A stretch of 64,000 nt of DNA from positions 17,546,001 through 17,610,000 of the forward strand of contig JBHGNT010000001.1 of the NCBI GenBank assembly GCA_043228905.1, in the 5' to 3' direction. The notes beneath the pieces were generated by a model. It was given only the letters and a program-made list of their open reading frames with translations, searched no databases and was not told the DNA's origin. This DNA is from Azolla caroliniana. Its lineage: Eukaryota > Plantae > Polypodiophyta. Of the stretch, positions 1 through 12,422 are shown in pieces. Both the position numbers and the translations under genes were made by a program. The first letter of the stretch is position 1; each line of letters begins with the position of its first letter.

Positions 1-1025
1 GTAGGATGAGAAGTATCTTCTCTCCGGGGTCAGGTGGAACGATGCTCCGGAATCGACCACCCAGGTCGTCTCATCGCCGGCAATGTTTAGTTCACCTTCT
101 TCGGTGATGAGCATGATTTCTTCCTCACTTGCCGCGAGTGCCGTTGTTCCTTTCCGGTCCTGCCCTCGCCGATCCGAACCTCTCCGGTCCGTGGCTCCCC
201 GGTATGCACCGTTTCTCTCCGGTGACTTCTTCGAGTCGGTGTCGTCGGCTCCGTTGTCTTTTCGGTAATGCCGACAATTCTTTCGGAAGTGCCCCGGCTT
301 CCCACAGTGGAAGCATGTGGGTCTTCCTCTTGACTGCGACCGGGTCCCCGACTTCTCCCGTCTTTGCGGACTCCGGTTCCAGTGTCTTCCCCGTTCCGAT
401 TCGGTAAGCAGCGCCTTCGAGTCGGAGGCCGGTTCTTTGTCTCTCCGACGCGCTTCTTCGTTCAAAATACTTGTCTTTACCGTTTGTAGGGACAAGTTGT
501 CTTCCGTGCAGGAGGTGCTGAGAGTCACCACCAAGTTCTCCCAGCTGTCCGGTAATGTACACATCAGGATGATGGCTTGCATTGCATCCTCCAACGGGAA
601 CTTGATCGCCGCAAGCTGGTTCACGAATCCCATGAACGTGCTTACGTGTTCCACCATACTCTCGCCGTCCCGGTACTTGAGATTCACAATCTTCCTCATC
701 AGGGAGGTCCGGTTCAACGCATTCTTCCTCTCATAGAGGCCCGACAGCTTCTTCCACATCTCGTATGCGTTGGTGTCGTTCGCCACATGTTGTAGGACGC
801 TTACATCGACGTATTGTCGGATCGTCGCTACGGCTTTCCGGTTCAGGAGCTTCCACTCCGACTCAAGTACCCCTTTCGGTATTTCCGACCTGTCAATCGG
901 TTCGTACAGGTCCCGAACAATCAGAAGATCCTCCATCTTGATCTTCCAGTCGGCGTAATTCTGTGCATTCAGCACCATCATCATCGGCTGCCCGCTGCCG
1001 CCGCCTTCCATTTTCTGCAACAGTC

Positions 1026-1037
1026 GCTCTGATACCA
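1026..1037 (-). promoter_or_regulatory. Primer-binding site (tRNA-iMet) of Copia A
   Basis: gctctgatacca is the reverse complement of TGGTATCAGAGC, 3 nt from the LTR end. Confidence 0.9.
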
Positions 1038-1040
1038 GTT

Positions 1041-1746
1041 TGTGAGGAATCACCGCTTGGATTCACCTTCTTCACTCGGCCACAACCGATTAATCGCGGA
1101 TCAATGTAGCAGAAAATAGGAAATACAGAGAAAGACGCGATACACAGGGATTAACGTGGAAAACCCTATACGGGAAAAACCACGGGAGTGCGAGACTCCG
1201 AACCAAACTATGCACAGAGAAATATACAATAGCGAGCTGCAAGGCAACGACCTTGAGCTCGCTGTCCTCGCCACAGGCGGCGGAAGTACACAGAGGCGTC
1301 TACCTCTTCGTCTCTCTCGCGCTCTATCTCTCTCTCTCTCTCGGCTGCTCTCACTTCGCATGGGAAAAATGAGCAACAACATAAACTGTTTGCCCTAAGT
1401 CATATTTATACATATATGACTTTCGGGCTATTTACAAATATAGCCACAAGGGCTCTTAGCAAACATATTCACAAATATGTCCCCGCATCCGGATCCGTAT
1501 CCGGGTACTCTTCATCCGGCTCCGTAACCGGGGTCTTCATCATCCGGATCCGTATCCGGGTACTCTTCATCCGGCTCCGTAACCGGGGTCTTCATCTTCC
1601 GGATCCGTATCCGGGTACTCTTCATCCGGCTCCGTAACCGGGGTCTTCATCTTCCGGATCCGTATCCGGGTACTCTTCATCCGGCTCCGTAACCGGGTAC
1701 TCTTCATCATCCGGACATCCCATCCGGAGGGACCGAAATCCCAACA
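1041..1746 (-). repeat. 5' LTR of Copia A
   Basis: TG...CA termini, adjacent PBS, TATA-like element near 1400-1410 on the minus strand. Confidence 0.85.
1486..1715. repeat. 55-bp tandem repeat (about 4 copies) in U3 of LTR A
   Basis: ccggatccgtatccgg recurs at 1489, 1544, 1599 and 1654. Confidence 0.95.
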
Positions 1747-3504
1747 GTTTAGTTCCGGCGTCTTCGGCACAGTAAATTCGAGCCGGATTCCCTTCGTGCG
1801 ACAGTACTCCTCGAACTGCCCCCGATATTCTCCTCCGTTATCTGCTTGAACTACCTTCAGCTTCCGACCGGTTTCTCTTTCCACTCTCGCGTGGAGCTCT
1901 TTGAAGACGGATAGCACCTGATCCTTCGTCTTCAGTGGTGTGGCCCATAGCTTCCGGCTGTGGTCATCTATGAACGTCACGAAGTACTGCGCTCCGGCAT
2001 GTGACTTCGTGTCTACCTGACACACATCCGTATGCACCAACTCCAGTGGTGCAATACGTCTCATCGGTGGCCTTGGTCAGAAGGAGGTCCAGTTCTGCTT
2101 ACCGGCCAGACAATCAATGCACTTCTCTAAGTGCACGTTCTTCACTGGAATGAGGTTGTCGTCTGCAAGCCTCTTCATTCCCTTCTCACTCATGTGACAC
2201 AGCCTCTTGTGCCACAGCTCACCGGCAGTTTCGGATGCCACGTTCACTTCTTCCGGGCATAACCGGGCATTCATCAAGTACAACGTGTTTACCTTCCGGG
2301 CCCGAGCCACAATCAGGCTCCCTTTGCTGAACTTCATGACACCGTTCCGGATGCTACCCGTGTAGCCTTCATCATCTAGCCGACCGGCTGATATCAGGTT
2401 CAAACGAACTTTCGGAACGTGTCGGACATCCTTCAGCAGCAACTTGCATCCGGTTGGTGTTGTCAGCCACACGTCTCCTATGCCGACAATTCGGCATGTT
2501 CCTTCATTCCCCATCCGGACACAGCCGTGATCACCGGCTGAGTAGGATGAGAAGCATTTCCGGTCCGGGGTAAGGTGGAACAACGCTCCGGAGTCTACCA
2601 CCCAGGTCATCTCGTCGCCGGCAAGGTTTATTTCACTCTCCTCGGTGATGAGCATCAACTCTTCTTCACTTGCCGCGATTGTCGTTGTTCCCTTCCGGTC
2701 CGGCCCCCTCCGGTCTTTACCGTTCCGGTCTTTACCGTTCCAGTCTAGGGTTTGCTTCGAATCGGTACCGTCGGTTTCCTTGTTTTTACGGAAATGCCGA
2801 CAATAGAAGCAGGTAGGCCTCCCCCTTGACTTTGACCGTGTCCCCGACTTCTCCCGGTTCTGAGGACTACGGTTTCTATGTCTTCCGCATTCCGATTCGG
2901 TAAGGAGCGCTTTGGAGTCGGAGCTCGTATCTTTATCCTTCCGACGCGCCTCCTCATCTAGCAAGCTCGACTTTACTCTTGCTAGGGATAACCGTGTTCC
3001 TTCCGGCCCGGCGTTGCCCAAAGTGACAACCAACGTCTCCCAGCTATCCGGGAGGGAACCGAGCAGGAGTAGCGCTAGTACCTCGTCGGCAAGAGGTACT
3101 TCCAATGACGTTGCCTGGTGTATCAGCCCCTGGAAGGTATTCATGTGCTCCGCCATGCTGGAGCCATCTTGGTACCGGAGTCTTACTAGCTTCCGGAATA
3201 CCGAAACCTGATTGACAGCATTTTTGTTTTGGAACATTATGCCGATCTTCTCCCAGAGCTCATGAGCCTTGCTCTCTTCATTGAAGTTGTTGTACAGGCT
3301 CATGTCGATGAAGCACCGTATGTACGCCGTTGTCTTCATGTGCATCACCTCCCATATCACGGCGTCGATTTTGTCCGGTCTCTTGTCCCCGAACTGAACC
3401 GGCAGCCAAAGGTCTTTAACCACGAGCATGTCCCTCATCTTCGACTTCCACACTGAATACTTGGAGCCGGTGAGCTTGAACATGCCGCCAAACGATTCGT
3501 CCAT
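1747..3504 (-). pseudogene. Copia gag-pol pseudogene (stop at 2077, Zn-knuckle deletion, interrupted by Copia A)
   Basis: ORFs 2077-3642 and 1567-2064, compared with the copy at 62466-64000. Confidence 0.88.
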
Positions 3505-3947
3505 TTTTCTGTGTCGATTAGCTCTAATACCACTTGACGAGAACTTGGCGTTCCTTATGCGCAACGCTCGGCCACAACCGAGATTCTTTTCATACACAGA
3601 AAACGAGAAATGAAGCGCGACACAAAGGAGAGGAAGATACACAGGAGGTTAACGTGGCAAACCCCAACCTAGGGGGAAAAACCACGGCAGCCCACAGGCT
3701 GCAAACTGTCACTATGTATGAATGTACAATACAGTGAGTTCACGGAGGCAACGACCTCTTTCTCTCTCTCTCTCTCTATACAACGTTACGTGCTCTCTCT
3801 TCTTCTTCTTACACCAACAAAAAAAATGACAGCAACTACTTAAAAGTTTGCCCTAAGTCATATTTATACTAATATGACTTTTCGGCTATTTACAAATGTA
3901 GCCACAATGGGCTCTCAGAAACATATTTACGAATATGTCTCTTCCTC

Positions 3948-4160
3948 TGGTTCATACCGGTTCTGCACCATCCGGCTCTCCGTAGCCGGGTACTCCTCAT
4001 CCGGTTCACACCGGGCTTGCACCATCCGGCTCTCCGTAGCCGGGTACTACTCATCCGGTTCACACCAGGCCTGTATCATCCACCTCTCCGTAGCCGGGTA
4101 CTACTCATCCGGTTCACACCGGGCCTATATCATCCGGCTCTCCGTAGCCGGGTGCTCCTC
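3948..4160. repeat. 54-bp tandem repeat (about 4 copies) in U3 of LTR B
   Basis: ccggctctccgtagccggg and variants at 3972, 4026, 4080 and 4134. Confidence 0.93.
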
Positions 4161-4240
4161 ATACCGTTTCGGCCTCGGCTGAGTTTGTTCGTCGGCACTG
4201 TTCTTCTCCCTTCCCATCCGAAGGGACCTGTCTCCCAGCA

Positions 4241-5632
4241 CTTATGTTACATGGGTCAAGCTCTTGACCATTAGACTATACATTGCAATACATAACATAT
4301 TATTTTTATCACTTATTAAAGCTCAATTAGTTTTTAGAAAAAAAACAAAACACCATAATAAAATAGGAAAAAATGTAATTATTTAAAAAAAAAAATCCGA
4401 AATAAAACTTTAAACATGAACTCGATACGTCGTATCGAGTTCATGTAAAACATGAACTCGATATGCCGTATCAGGTTCATATAAAAAAGTTAGCTTTTAA
4501 ACATGAACTCGATACGCCGTATCGAGTTCTTGTGAAAAAGTTAGCTTAGTTCACGTCATGATATAGCAGGACTCAAACCCATGACATTATGGTACATGGG
4601 CCGAGCTCTTGACCATTAGACCATACATTGTAATACATAAAATATTATTTTTATCACTTATTAAAGCTTAAATTTTTTTTAGAAAGAAAACAAAACACCA
4701 TAATAAAATAGGAAAAAATGTAATTATTTTTTAAAAAAAATCCAAAATAAAACTTTAAACATGAACTCGATACGCTGTATCGAGTTCATGTAAAAAAGTT
4801 AGCTTTTCAACATGAACTTGATACGCCGTATCGAGTTCATGTTGAAAAGGCGTATCGAGTTCATGTAAAAGAGTTAGCTTAGTTCATGTCATGATATGGT
4901 AGGACTTGAACCCATGACCTTATGCTACATGGGTCAAGCTCCCGACCATTAGACCATCCATTGCAATACATAAAATGTATATTATTTTCATCAGTTATTA
5001 AAGCTCAAAGTTTTTTAGGAAAAAAAAAAAATACCAAAATAAAATTGGAAAAAATGTAATTATTTAAAAAAAAAAATCCAAAATAAAACTTTAAACATTA
5101 ACTCGATACGGCGTATCGAGTTCATGTAAAAAAGTTAGCTTAGTTCATGTCATGATATGGTAGGACTCTAACCCATAACCTTATGCCACATGGGTCAAGC
5201 TCTTGACCGTTAGACCATACATTGCAATACATAAAATATTATTTTCATCACTTATTAAAGTTTAAAGTTTTTTAGAAAAAAAACAAAATACCAAAATAAA
5301 ATAGGAAAAAATGTAATTATTTTAAAAAAAAAATCCGAAATAAAGCTTTAAACATGAACTCGATACGTCGTATCGAGTTCATGTAAAAAAGTTAACTTAG
5401 TTCATGTCATGATATGGTAGGACTCGAACCCATGACCTTATGCTACATGGGTCAAGCTCTTGACCGTTAGACCATACATTGCACTACATAAAATGTATAT
5501 TATTTTCATCACTTATTAAAGCTCAAAGTTTTTTAGAAAAAAAACAAAATACCAAAATAAAATTGGAAAAAATGTAATTATTTAAATAAAAAAATCCAAA
5601 ATAAAACTTTAAACATCAACTCGATACGCCGT
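4241..5632. repeat. AT-rich tandem array (about 260-345-bp units, about 5 copies), each with a tRNA-like A/B-box segment and 1-3 palindromes
   Basis: Unit cttatgctacatgggtcaagctcttgacc recurs at about 4241, 4586, 4919, 5180 and 5437. Palindrome acatgaactcgatacg-N-cgtatcgagttcatgt, e.g. 4414-4446. Confidence 0.9.
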
Positions 5633-6728
5633 AGATTAATCATGTCATCATCATTCCCTCTCAGTCCCTCTCTCTCTCTCAGTCTCTCCCTCTCTTCTTT
5701 TCTCAAGTGTTCTACACCTTAAATTCTTCTTAGTACTAATATTTCTCTCTTAGTACTAATTTCGTCTCTGTCTTAGAATTTTGTTTTTGAGCTTTAATAA
5801 GTGATGAAAAAACTAGAGTTTTTATCACAAGTCGATACAATGTATCGAGTTCATGTTTAAAATTATTATTTTTTCCATAAAAAATAAAAATAAATAAAAG
5901 AAATTGAAAAAAAATAAAAACAATTGAAACAAATTGAAAATGTGTTTTTAAAAATTAGAAAAAATTACTTTAAACATGAACTCGATACATTGTATTGAAT
6001 TGTGATGAAAAATCTGGTTTTTCTATGAACTCAAGCTTAATTTATTATTATTATTATTTTTTAAATCCGGTAAAAAAACTTTGAACATGAATTCAATATA
6101 TTGTATAGAGTTCAATTCAATACAACATATCGTGTTCATGTTTAAAACTCTTGTTGTTTTTCAAATAAAAGAGGTTTTTTAAAGATGTATGTTGCACAAC
6201 AAGATACCTTATGGTAAATATGTGCTTCATTTATTAGAAGAAAACCATTAATAATCGTGTTGATGGTAATTGAACTTTGCAAATGCCATTTACTTCACAA
6301 ATTTTGAAGGGGAATTCTTATAAGGAAGGAGATTATAGCATTGTAGATACCTTGATAACTATGTGTTATGTTCAAATTGATATATTAATGTTCACATCTA
6401 AAGTTTGACAATTTATGAATATCGTCTACATTTTAGGAGTTGTGGATTTATCAAAATTGTTTATGAATATTGTTTACATTTCTTGAGTTGTGAATTTATG
6501 GATGTTAATGAGCACTAATTTATAGATGATGACATTAAGGATTGCAATATTACCTTTTATACTTAAAACATTTTCAAGTCTAACAATAGATGTAACCTTA
6601 ATCTTCTCAAGACGGTGAAACCATTAATCTTAACTTGTGCCTTGAGTTTACCATAATTGTGATTTTCTTTAAGTTAACTACATTTCATATCTGCAAACCA
6701 TCAACATTTAAACATTATCCCTAAACTA

Positions 6729-7010
6729 TTCAATTTTAGAAATTATCATTTTGAAATTTGTTAAATCTCAAAAAATTAGCAAAATTTACATGCTATTTAA
6801 AACATGTGATACTAGTGTATCAAGTTTTTGGAAATTGTCTAAAATCACAAGATTATAAAAGGAATCTATTTCAATTTTAGAAATTATCATTTTGAAATTT
6901 GTTAAATCTCAAAAAATTAGCAAAATTTACATGCTATTTAAAACATGTGATACTAGTGTATCAAGTTTTTGGAAATTGTCTAAAATCACAAGATTATAAA
7001 AGGAATCTAT
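6729..7010. repeat. 141-bp direct tandem duplication
   Basis: ttcaattttagaaatt...ggaatctat at 6729-6869 and 6870-7010, apparently identical. Confidence 0.95.
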
Positions 7011-7079
7011 AAGTGGAATGTGCAATCCTTCCACTTGTGAATGCAAAGGTGTTATAGAATTACTCTAACTAATAACTTA

Positions 7080-7330
7080 TATTAATACCAATATAGAGTC
7101 TCTTTCCAAGATTACATTTGCCTATATTTAGCAAGAACTATTACAAAACTGTCTAACTAATTCTAATACATATTTTTACTACTTGGCAAAATGAATAGTG
7201 TTGACTCATCAATTCGATGTGTATATCCGACTCTGACTCTTCTATACTTTTGAACATACTTTTGAACATCATTGACTCCGACCCTCTTGTCTGATTCCGA
7301 CTTCCCGACCCTATAACTGACTGGCTAACG
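7080..7330 (+). repeat. Truncated Copia LTR (family C-like), inverted relative to the LTR at 7889-8283
   Basis: 7105-7329 is a diverged reverse complement of 7890-8097, e.g. cttggcaaaatgaata vs tattcattttgccaag. Confidence 0.75.
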
Positions 7331-7888
7331 AGGAGGAGATTCGGGTTGATGATAAAACCCTAAAGGAGTTACATCTACAACAGGAAGTAATGGAAAGGGA
7401 AATGCAAGAGTCCCAACGGGTACAGGCCTCAACATTAGAAGAGTTAAATTTAACTGACAATGAAGCCGAGCCAAAGACAATCCTTATATCGAAGGAAATG
7501 CAGTCGGCTGAAAAGGAAAAATTGACCGAACTGCTACGACAATACAAAGATGTGTTTGTGTGGTCGTTCAAAGATATGAAGGGGCTCGACCCGGCATTTT
7601 GTCAGCATCAGATTAATTTGCATAGAAATGTGAAGCCAGTTCAACAGTGGCGGTATCAATTAACTCCGAACTATGCAGTGAAAGTAAAAGAAGAAGTCGA
7701 CAAACTGCTAAGAATCGGTTTCAATCGACCGGTCAAGAAGGCTACTTGGCTGAGTGATATAGTAGTCATGCCCAAAAAGAATGGAAAGATCAAGGTATGT
7801 GTTGACTACAAGAAGCTCAATGCTGCAATAGTAACGGATGCATTTTCGTTACCTTTTACTGTGGTGGCTAGTCATGAAATTTATAGTT
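7331..7888 (+). pseudogene. Ty3/Gypsy reverse transcriptase N-terminal fragment
   Basis: YKDVFVWSFKDMKGLD...WLSDIVVMPKKNGKIKVCVDYKKLN; cut by an LTR at 7889. Confidence 0.88.
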
Positions 7889-10800
7889 TGTTAGCCGGTA
7901 AGCTAAAAGGTTAGGAAGTCGGAATCGGACAAGTGTGAAAGGGTCAGAGTCGACAATGTTCTAAAGTATATAAGAGTTGGAGTCGGATCGACGTAGCAAA
8001 TTGATGAGTCAGCAGTATTCATTTTGCCAAGTAGAAAAATATATATTAGAATTAGTTAAATACTTTTGCATTAGTTCTTGCCGAATATAGGCAGGTGTTC
8101 CCAAAAATATGCCTACGTACTTGCCTGGATCCGTAAGCCCCTAACGGCCTACTAGTTTCAATCTAATTTGGCTCTCCGATCCGGCTCCTGGTTTCGGATA
8201 TCATCCGAACACCGATCCGGTTCTCCAATCTAGCTTTGGCTTATTCAGCCGATCCCGATCCGGTTGAGCTTGCTCGCTCAACACTCCCCCTCAAGCTCAA
8301 CTTGAGGTTGGATCGTGATGTCAATATTTGCAGTAACCGGTCCTTTCCTCCAACTCCTTTTGACGTCCTCCGGCCTTGCTTGCGCTCCTCGTCTGGTCTG
8401 GTTCCACTTCCTGCGACCCGTCTGGTATTGTGCACCTCGACCTCCTTGGTCGGCTTGTCTACTCAACAGGCCCATCTCAGCACCTTCGCTGCTATGACTC
8501 CGGCGCTTCTCGACCCATCGGTTCCTCCGTGTCAGTGTCGACTTCTACTGCCTTCTCGTCCGCTTGGCCTTTAGTTGATCTAGCTTCTCCGAATCTTGAA
8601 CTGAATCCACTTCCTCCGATTCCTTCCAGCTCTTGTTCGAATCGGTTGCCTCCGATTCATTTTCCGTTTCTAAGCCCTTCACCACATTGGACCACGTCCG
8701 GGTCTTGGCCTTCTTCTAGTCGGATCTGTCCTTCTTGACACTACCGTCGTTGTCGTTTGCTCCGACTTGTTCGGATGTTCCGACTCCTTCAATCGGCTCA
8801 TCTTCCTTTATTTGCTCATCTCCCCCCTTGGTTCTTTCCTCCTCTCTGGCTCCTTGTCCAGTGCCATCTGTTCCCATTCATGTTCTTGTTCTCTCTCTCA
8901 AGTGCGGCACATCGAGATGTTGAATGCCGAGCATCTCCAATCCGAGCGGCTTGGTGAAGATGCCGGCAACCTGCCGATCCGTGTGAACATAAAAAAGTTC
9001 AAATTCACCATTCAGGACCCGCTCATGAACAAAGTGGTAATGCACTTCTATGTGCTTTGTCCGAGCATGGAATACATGGTTCTTGGTGAGTTGTATGCTG
9101 CTTACGTTGTCACAATAAATCAGGATCGGGGTCGGCACCTCAATCCGGAGGTCTCGCAGTAGTCGCTGAAGCTAGATGGCTTCACAGGTGGCAACGGTAG
9201 CGCCCTGATATTCAGCCTCAGTGCTAAACAGAGCAATTGTTGGCTGCTTTTTGCTACTCTACGCAACAGCTACACTACCAAGAGAAAACATGTAACCGGA
9301 GTTGGATCGGCGATCCGATGCATCACCAGCCCAGTCGACATCGGTATATCTAACAAGCTTCCCATCTATACCGTGTCGGTATAACAGTCGTCGGTCCTTC
9401 GTGTCGCTAACATATCGGAGTATCGAGTGTGGGCACTGAAGGTGCTCAACGGATGACTTCTGCATGAACTAGCTGATCACTCCGATAGGGTACCTCATGT
9501 CGGGTTGAGTGATTGTCAAATATATGAGGCTTACGACAATTTGTCGGAACCATTTTTGATTGCAGGCCGGGCCGGAGTCTAGACGTAGCTTCAGGTTCCG
9601 GTCTAGGTGTGTAGAGATCGGTTGGCATTCGATCATGCCGAACTTGTACATCATATTCAACACATAGTGTCTTTGTGAGAGCAATATGCCATTGGGGGTT
9701 CAGATCACCTTGATACCAAGAAAGTAATGAAGGTTCCCCAGGTCCTTCATTTCAAATGCATTTGACAACTGGGACTTCACTTGGCCGATTGCATCGACTC
9801 TGGGTCCGGTGATGACTAAATCATCTACATAAGGCAAAATAAAAACTAGACCGTCTGGTCCGTTCCGGATGAACAGTGAAGAGTCGGACTTAGAGGCCAC
9901 AAACCCCATCTTACACAACTGGTGTGTGATCTTCACATTCCAAGCTTGGGGGGCTTGTTTCAGACCGTAAAGCAACTTCTTGAGTCGGCACACTATCGAC
10001 TTGTTCATCTCTGATTGGAAACTGGGGGGTTGAATCATATAGACCCATTCATCAAGATCACCTTGAAGAAATGCATTCTTCACGTCCATTTGGTGAAGAA
10101 TAGCCAGTACCACATGAATTGTCGTCATCTTCGCTACCAAAGCAAAGGTCTCGTCGTAGTCGATTCCGTGGGTCTGTGCGTATCCCTTTGCCACTAACCG
10201 AGCCTTGTACCGGTTGACCGAACCGTCGGCATTGTACGTCATCTTATATACCCATTTACAACCAATCGGTTTACACTATCGGGGAGGATCAACCAGGTCC
10301 CATGTGCCATTGGCATCAAGTGGTCGCGTTTCTTCCTCCATAACAGCACGCCAATTTGCGTCTTTTGCCGCTTCTACGTAGCTCTCCAGCTCACGCACTT
10401 CTGCCACCTTAGTCATGTACACATATTGTTGCGCCATGTACTGATTATAACCATACCTCTTGACAGGGTTTTTCTGGCAAGTTGCCCGGTTTGAGGCCCT
10501 TGTTGGCCGGTTCGGGCTTCATTTCTGAAGATCTGCCTTCTCCCTTTCCGGGGTCAGATTCGCTCTGATCACTGTCGGTATTGTATTCTGGCATCTTCTT
10601 CTTCCCCTTCTCTTTGCGCATGAACCATCTCCTCGGTCCCTTCTCTCATGCAAGCAACCAACTAGGATGCACTTCTCCAACTTCAGATCCAGCTTCCTCC
10701 ACTTCTCATCCAGTACATGCACATATGCTATGTTGCCGAAGATTTGAAGGTGCCTCAAATTTGGCTTCCGCCCAAAATACAACTTGTGTGCTAACACCTT

Positions 10801-12021
10801 ATCCCCGATTCGGTTTTGGATGTAGAAGGTTGTCTAGACCGCCTTAGCCAAGTAGAATTTGGGCATGGTCTTCTCCTCTAGCATTGCCCTTGCCGCGTCG
10901 ACAATCGAATGGTTCTTTCTCTTGGCCGCACTGTTTTGTCCGGTGAGTATCGACAACTGAATTCTCTCCAAATTCCGTTATGTTGCAGATAACAATTCAT
11001 TTGGCCGGAAAAGTATTCTTTTCCGCCATCCGACCGCAGGCACTTGATCTTCCTCTCCGTTGCCCTTTCAACTAAGCTTTGAAGGTTCTGGAAACAATCG
11101 AAGCCTTCGCTTTTCTTCTCAATGAGGTAGATCCCTGTGTGCCAGCTGTAGTCGTCGAGTAAGGAGACGAAATACCGACTCCTGCCAAGTCTAACGTTCT
11201 GTGACGGTCCCCATACATTCAAATGGATTAGATCAAGCTTGTTACGGCTCTGGTTTCATTTGATGGGGAATGGAAGCCAGTGTTGCTTCCTGATTGGCAG
11301 GCTTCACAAATTTGGGCCTTCCGGCCACTAAATATTGGCAACCCGAACACAACTGGTTTTGATTGCAGATCTTGAAGCCTCCGATAGTTGACGTGGCTGA
11401 TCTACTTATGACAGAGATAGATGTTTGATTCAATCTTCTATCCTTTGGCAAACATGGTGGTGCCGAGGTCATTTGTATTGAGGATGAACATCCTCCCTTC
11501 CCTGTGCCCTTGCGCGATTATCCAACCTTCTTCCTCGATGAAGCACCCGAGGTGCATAAACCACACCTACATCCCTTGGTTGACGATTTGTCCAACTGAC
11601 ACCAGGGTCTTTGTGATAGTCAGAAGGTGTAGTACGTTCATCAGCTTCCCCTTTTGTCTGACATGGCTTAAAGGGACTTCTCCGACATGCACAATCGAGT
11701 GAGGGGTGTCATCTCCGGTTTCGACGATCCCCGGTTGTTCCGGTTTCTCCAAAAAGGAGAACCACTCTTCATGGCTCGTCATGTGGTTGGACGCTCCGGA
11801 ATCAACATACCATACTTCCTTTGATTTGGAAGTAGTCTTCTTCATCACGAAGGTTGGCCCTTTACCGGTCTTCCCGATTCCAAATCCTTCTGGTCCTTCT
11901 GCGTAGTTTGAGCTTTGCCAGTTTTCCCGATCGTCTTTGCCAGATTTGGATTTATCCGAATCAGCATACTTCTTCTAGCACTCACTCTCTCTGTGGCCTT
12001 TCTTGCCACAGTACTAGCATT
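7889..12021 (-). mobile_element. Decayed Ty1/Copia element C (3' LTR 7889-8283, PPT, RNase H, RT, INT, PR); truncated at the gag knuckle by another insertion
   Basis: Fragments [56 protein letters not shown]; PPT ctccccct next to the LTR end ...ctcaaca at 8283. Confidence 0.9.
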
Positions 12022-12292
12022 TGTTACCCTATATGAGATGTACGGAGAGTCAAGTGTGATGAGCGAGGGTCGAATGTTATCATGATGTTGTTGTGTATGT
12101 GTAGGGGGCATAAATGTAGTTGTGAGTCTATACATATGTGAACACATGCACACGTGTGTGCATGTGGATGGATACGAGGAGGTGTGAGTGAGTGTCCAGT
12201 ATGAATGCTCGAGGGGGCTTACACCCCTATGTATCTACCCCCTCTTGTACTATTTAACCCCTTATGGGGAATGAATGAAACATGAATAATCA

Positions 12293-12333
<41 letters not shown>

Positions 12334-12422
12334 TCATCTCTTTTCCTCTCTCTCCCCTTAAGGTTGAACCCCCTTGGGAGGGGGGTGGAGCCATTCTAGG
12401 CACCACCCCCCACCCCGTAATG
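12022..12422 (+). repeat. Probable LTR (solo or fragment) of another family, containing a (CT)n tract
   Basis: Starts TGTTAC exactly where Copia C homology stops; TATA-like tatttaa near 12251; CT microsatellite 12296-12330; ends near ...ccgtaa. Confidence 0.45.

Larger units (their letters stand above)
1..1746 (-). mobile_element. Ty1/Copia LTR retrotransposon A, 5' part (5' LTR, PBS, degenerate gag/protease); runs off the window to the left
   Basis: LTR TGTTGG...CACA at 1746-1041; PBS TGGTATCAGAGC at 1037-1026. gag starts at ATG 1011 (MEGGGSGQPMMVLNAQNYADWKIKMEDLL), with a CCHC knuckle near 280-315 and protease WVVDSGASFH near 40-70. It interrupts the integrase of Copia B at 1746/1747. Confidence 0.9.
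1747..4240 (-). mobile_element. Ty1/Copia element B, 5' part (LTR 3535-4240, PBS 3521-3532, gag-PR-GAG_pre-INT)
   Basis: ORF from ATG 3504 (MDESFGGMFKLTGS...) with WVVDSGA protease, LWHKRLCH...CIDC, and integrase LELVHTDVC/FIDDHSRK/DNGGEY. Same family as the plus-strand copy at 61862-64000. Confidence 0.92.

Noticed and set aside
1041-4240. LTR A and LTR B both measure 706 bp
   Set aside because: The sequences differ outside the promoter core and B' is 575 bp, so this is coincidence.
5405-5482. Functional tRNA gene
   Set aside because: A and B boxes are present, but there is no convincing acceptor or anticodon stem; treated as a tRNA-derived repeat.
4241-6140. CRISPR-like array of palindromic repeats
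   Set aside because: The intervening sequences are themselves repeats rather than unique spacers, there are no cas genes, and the context is eukaryotic.
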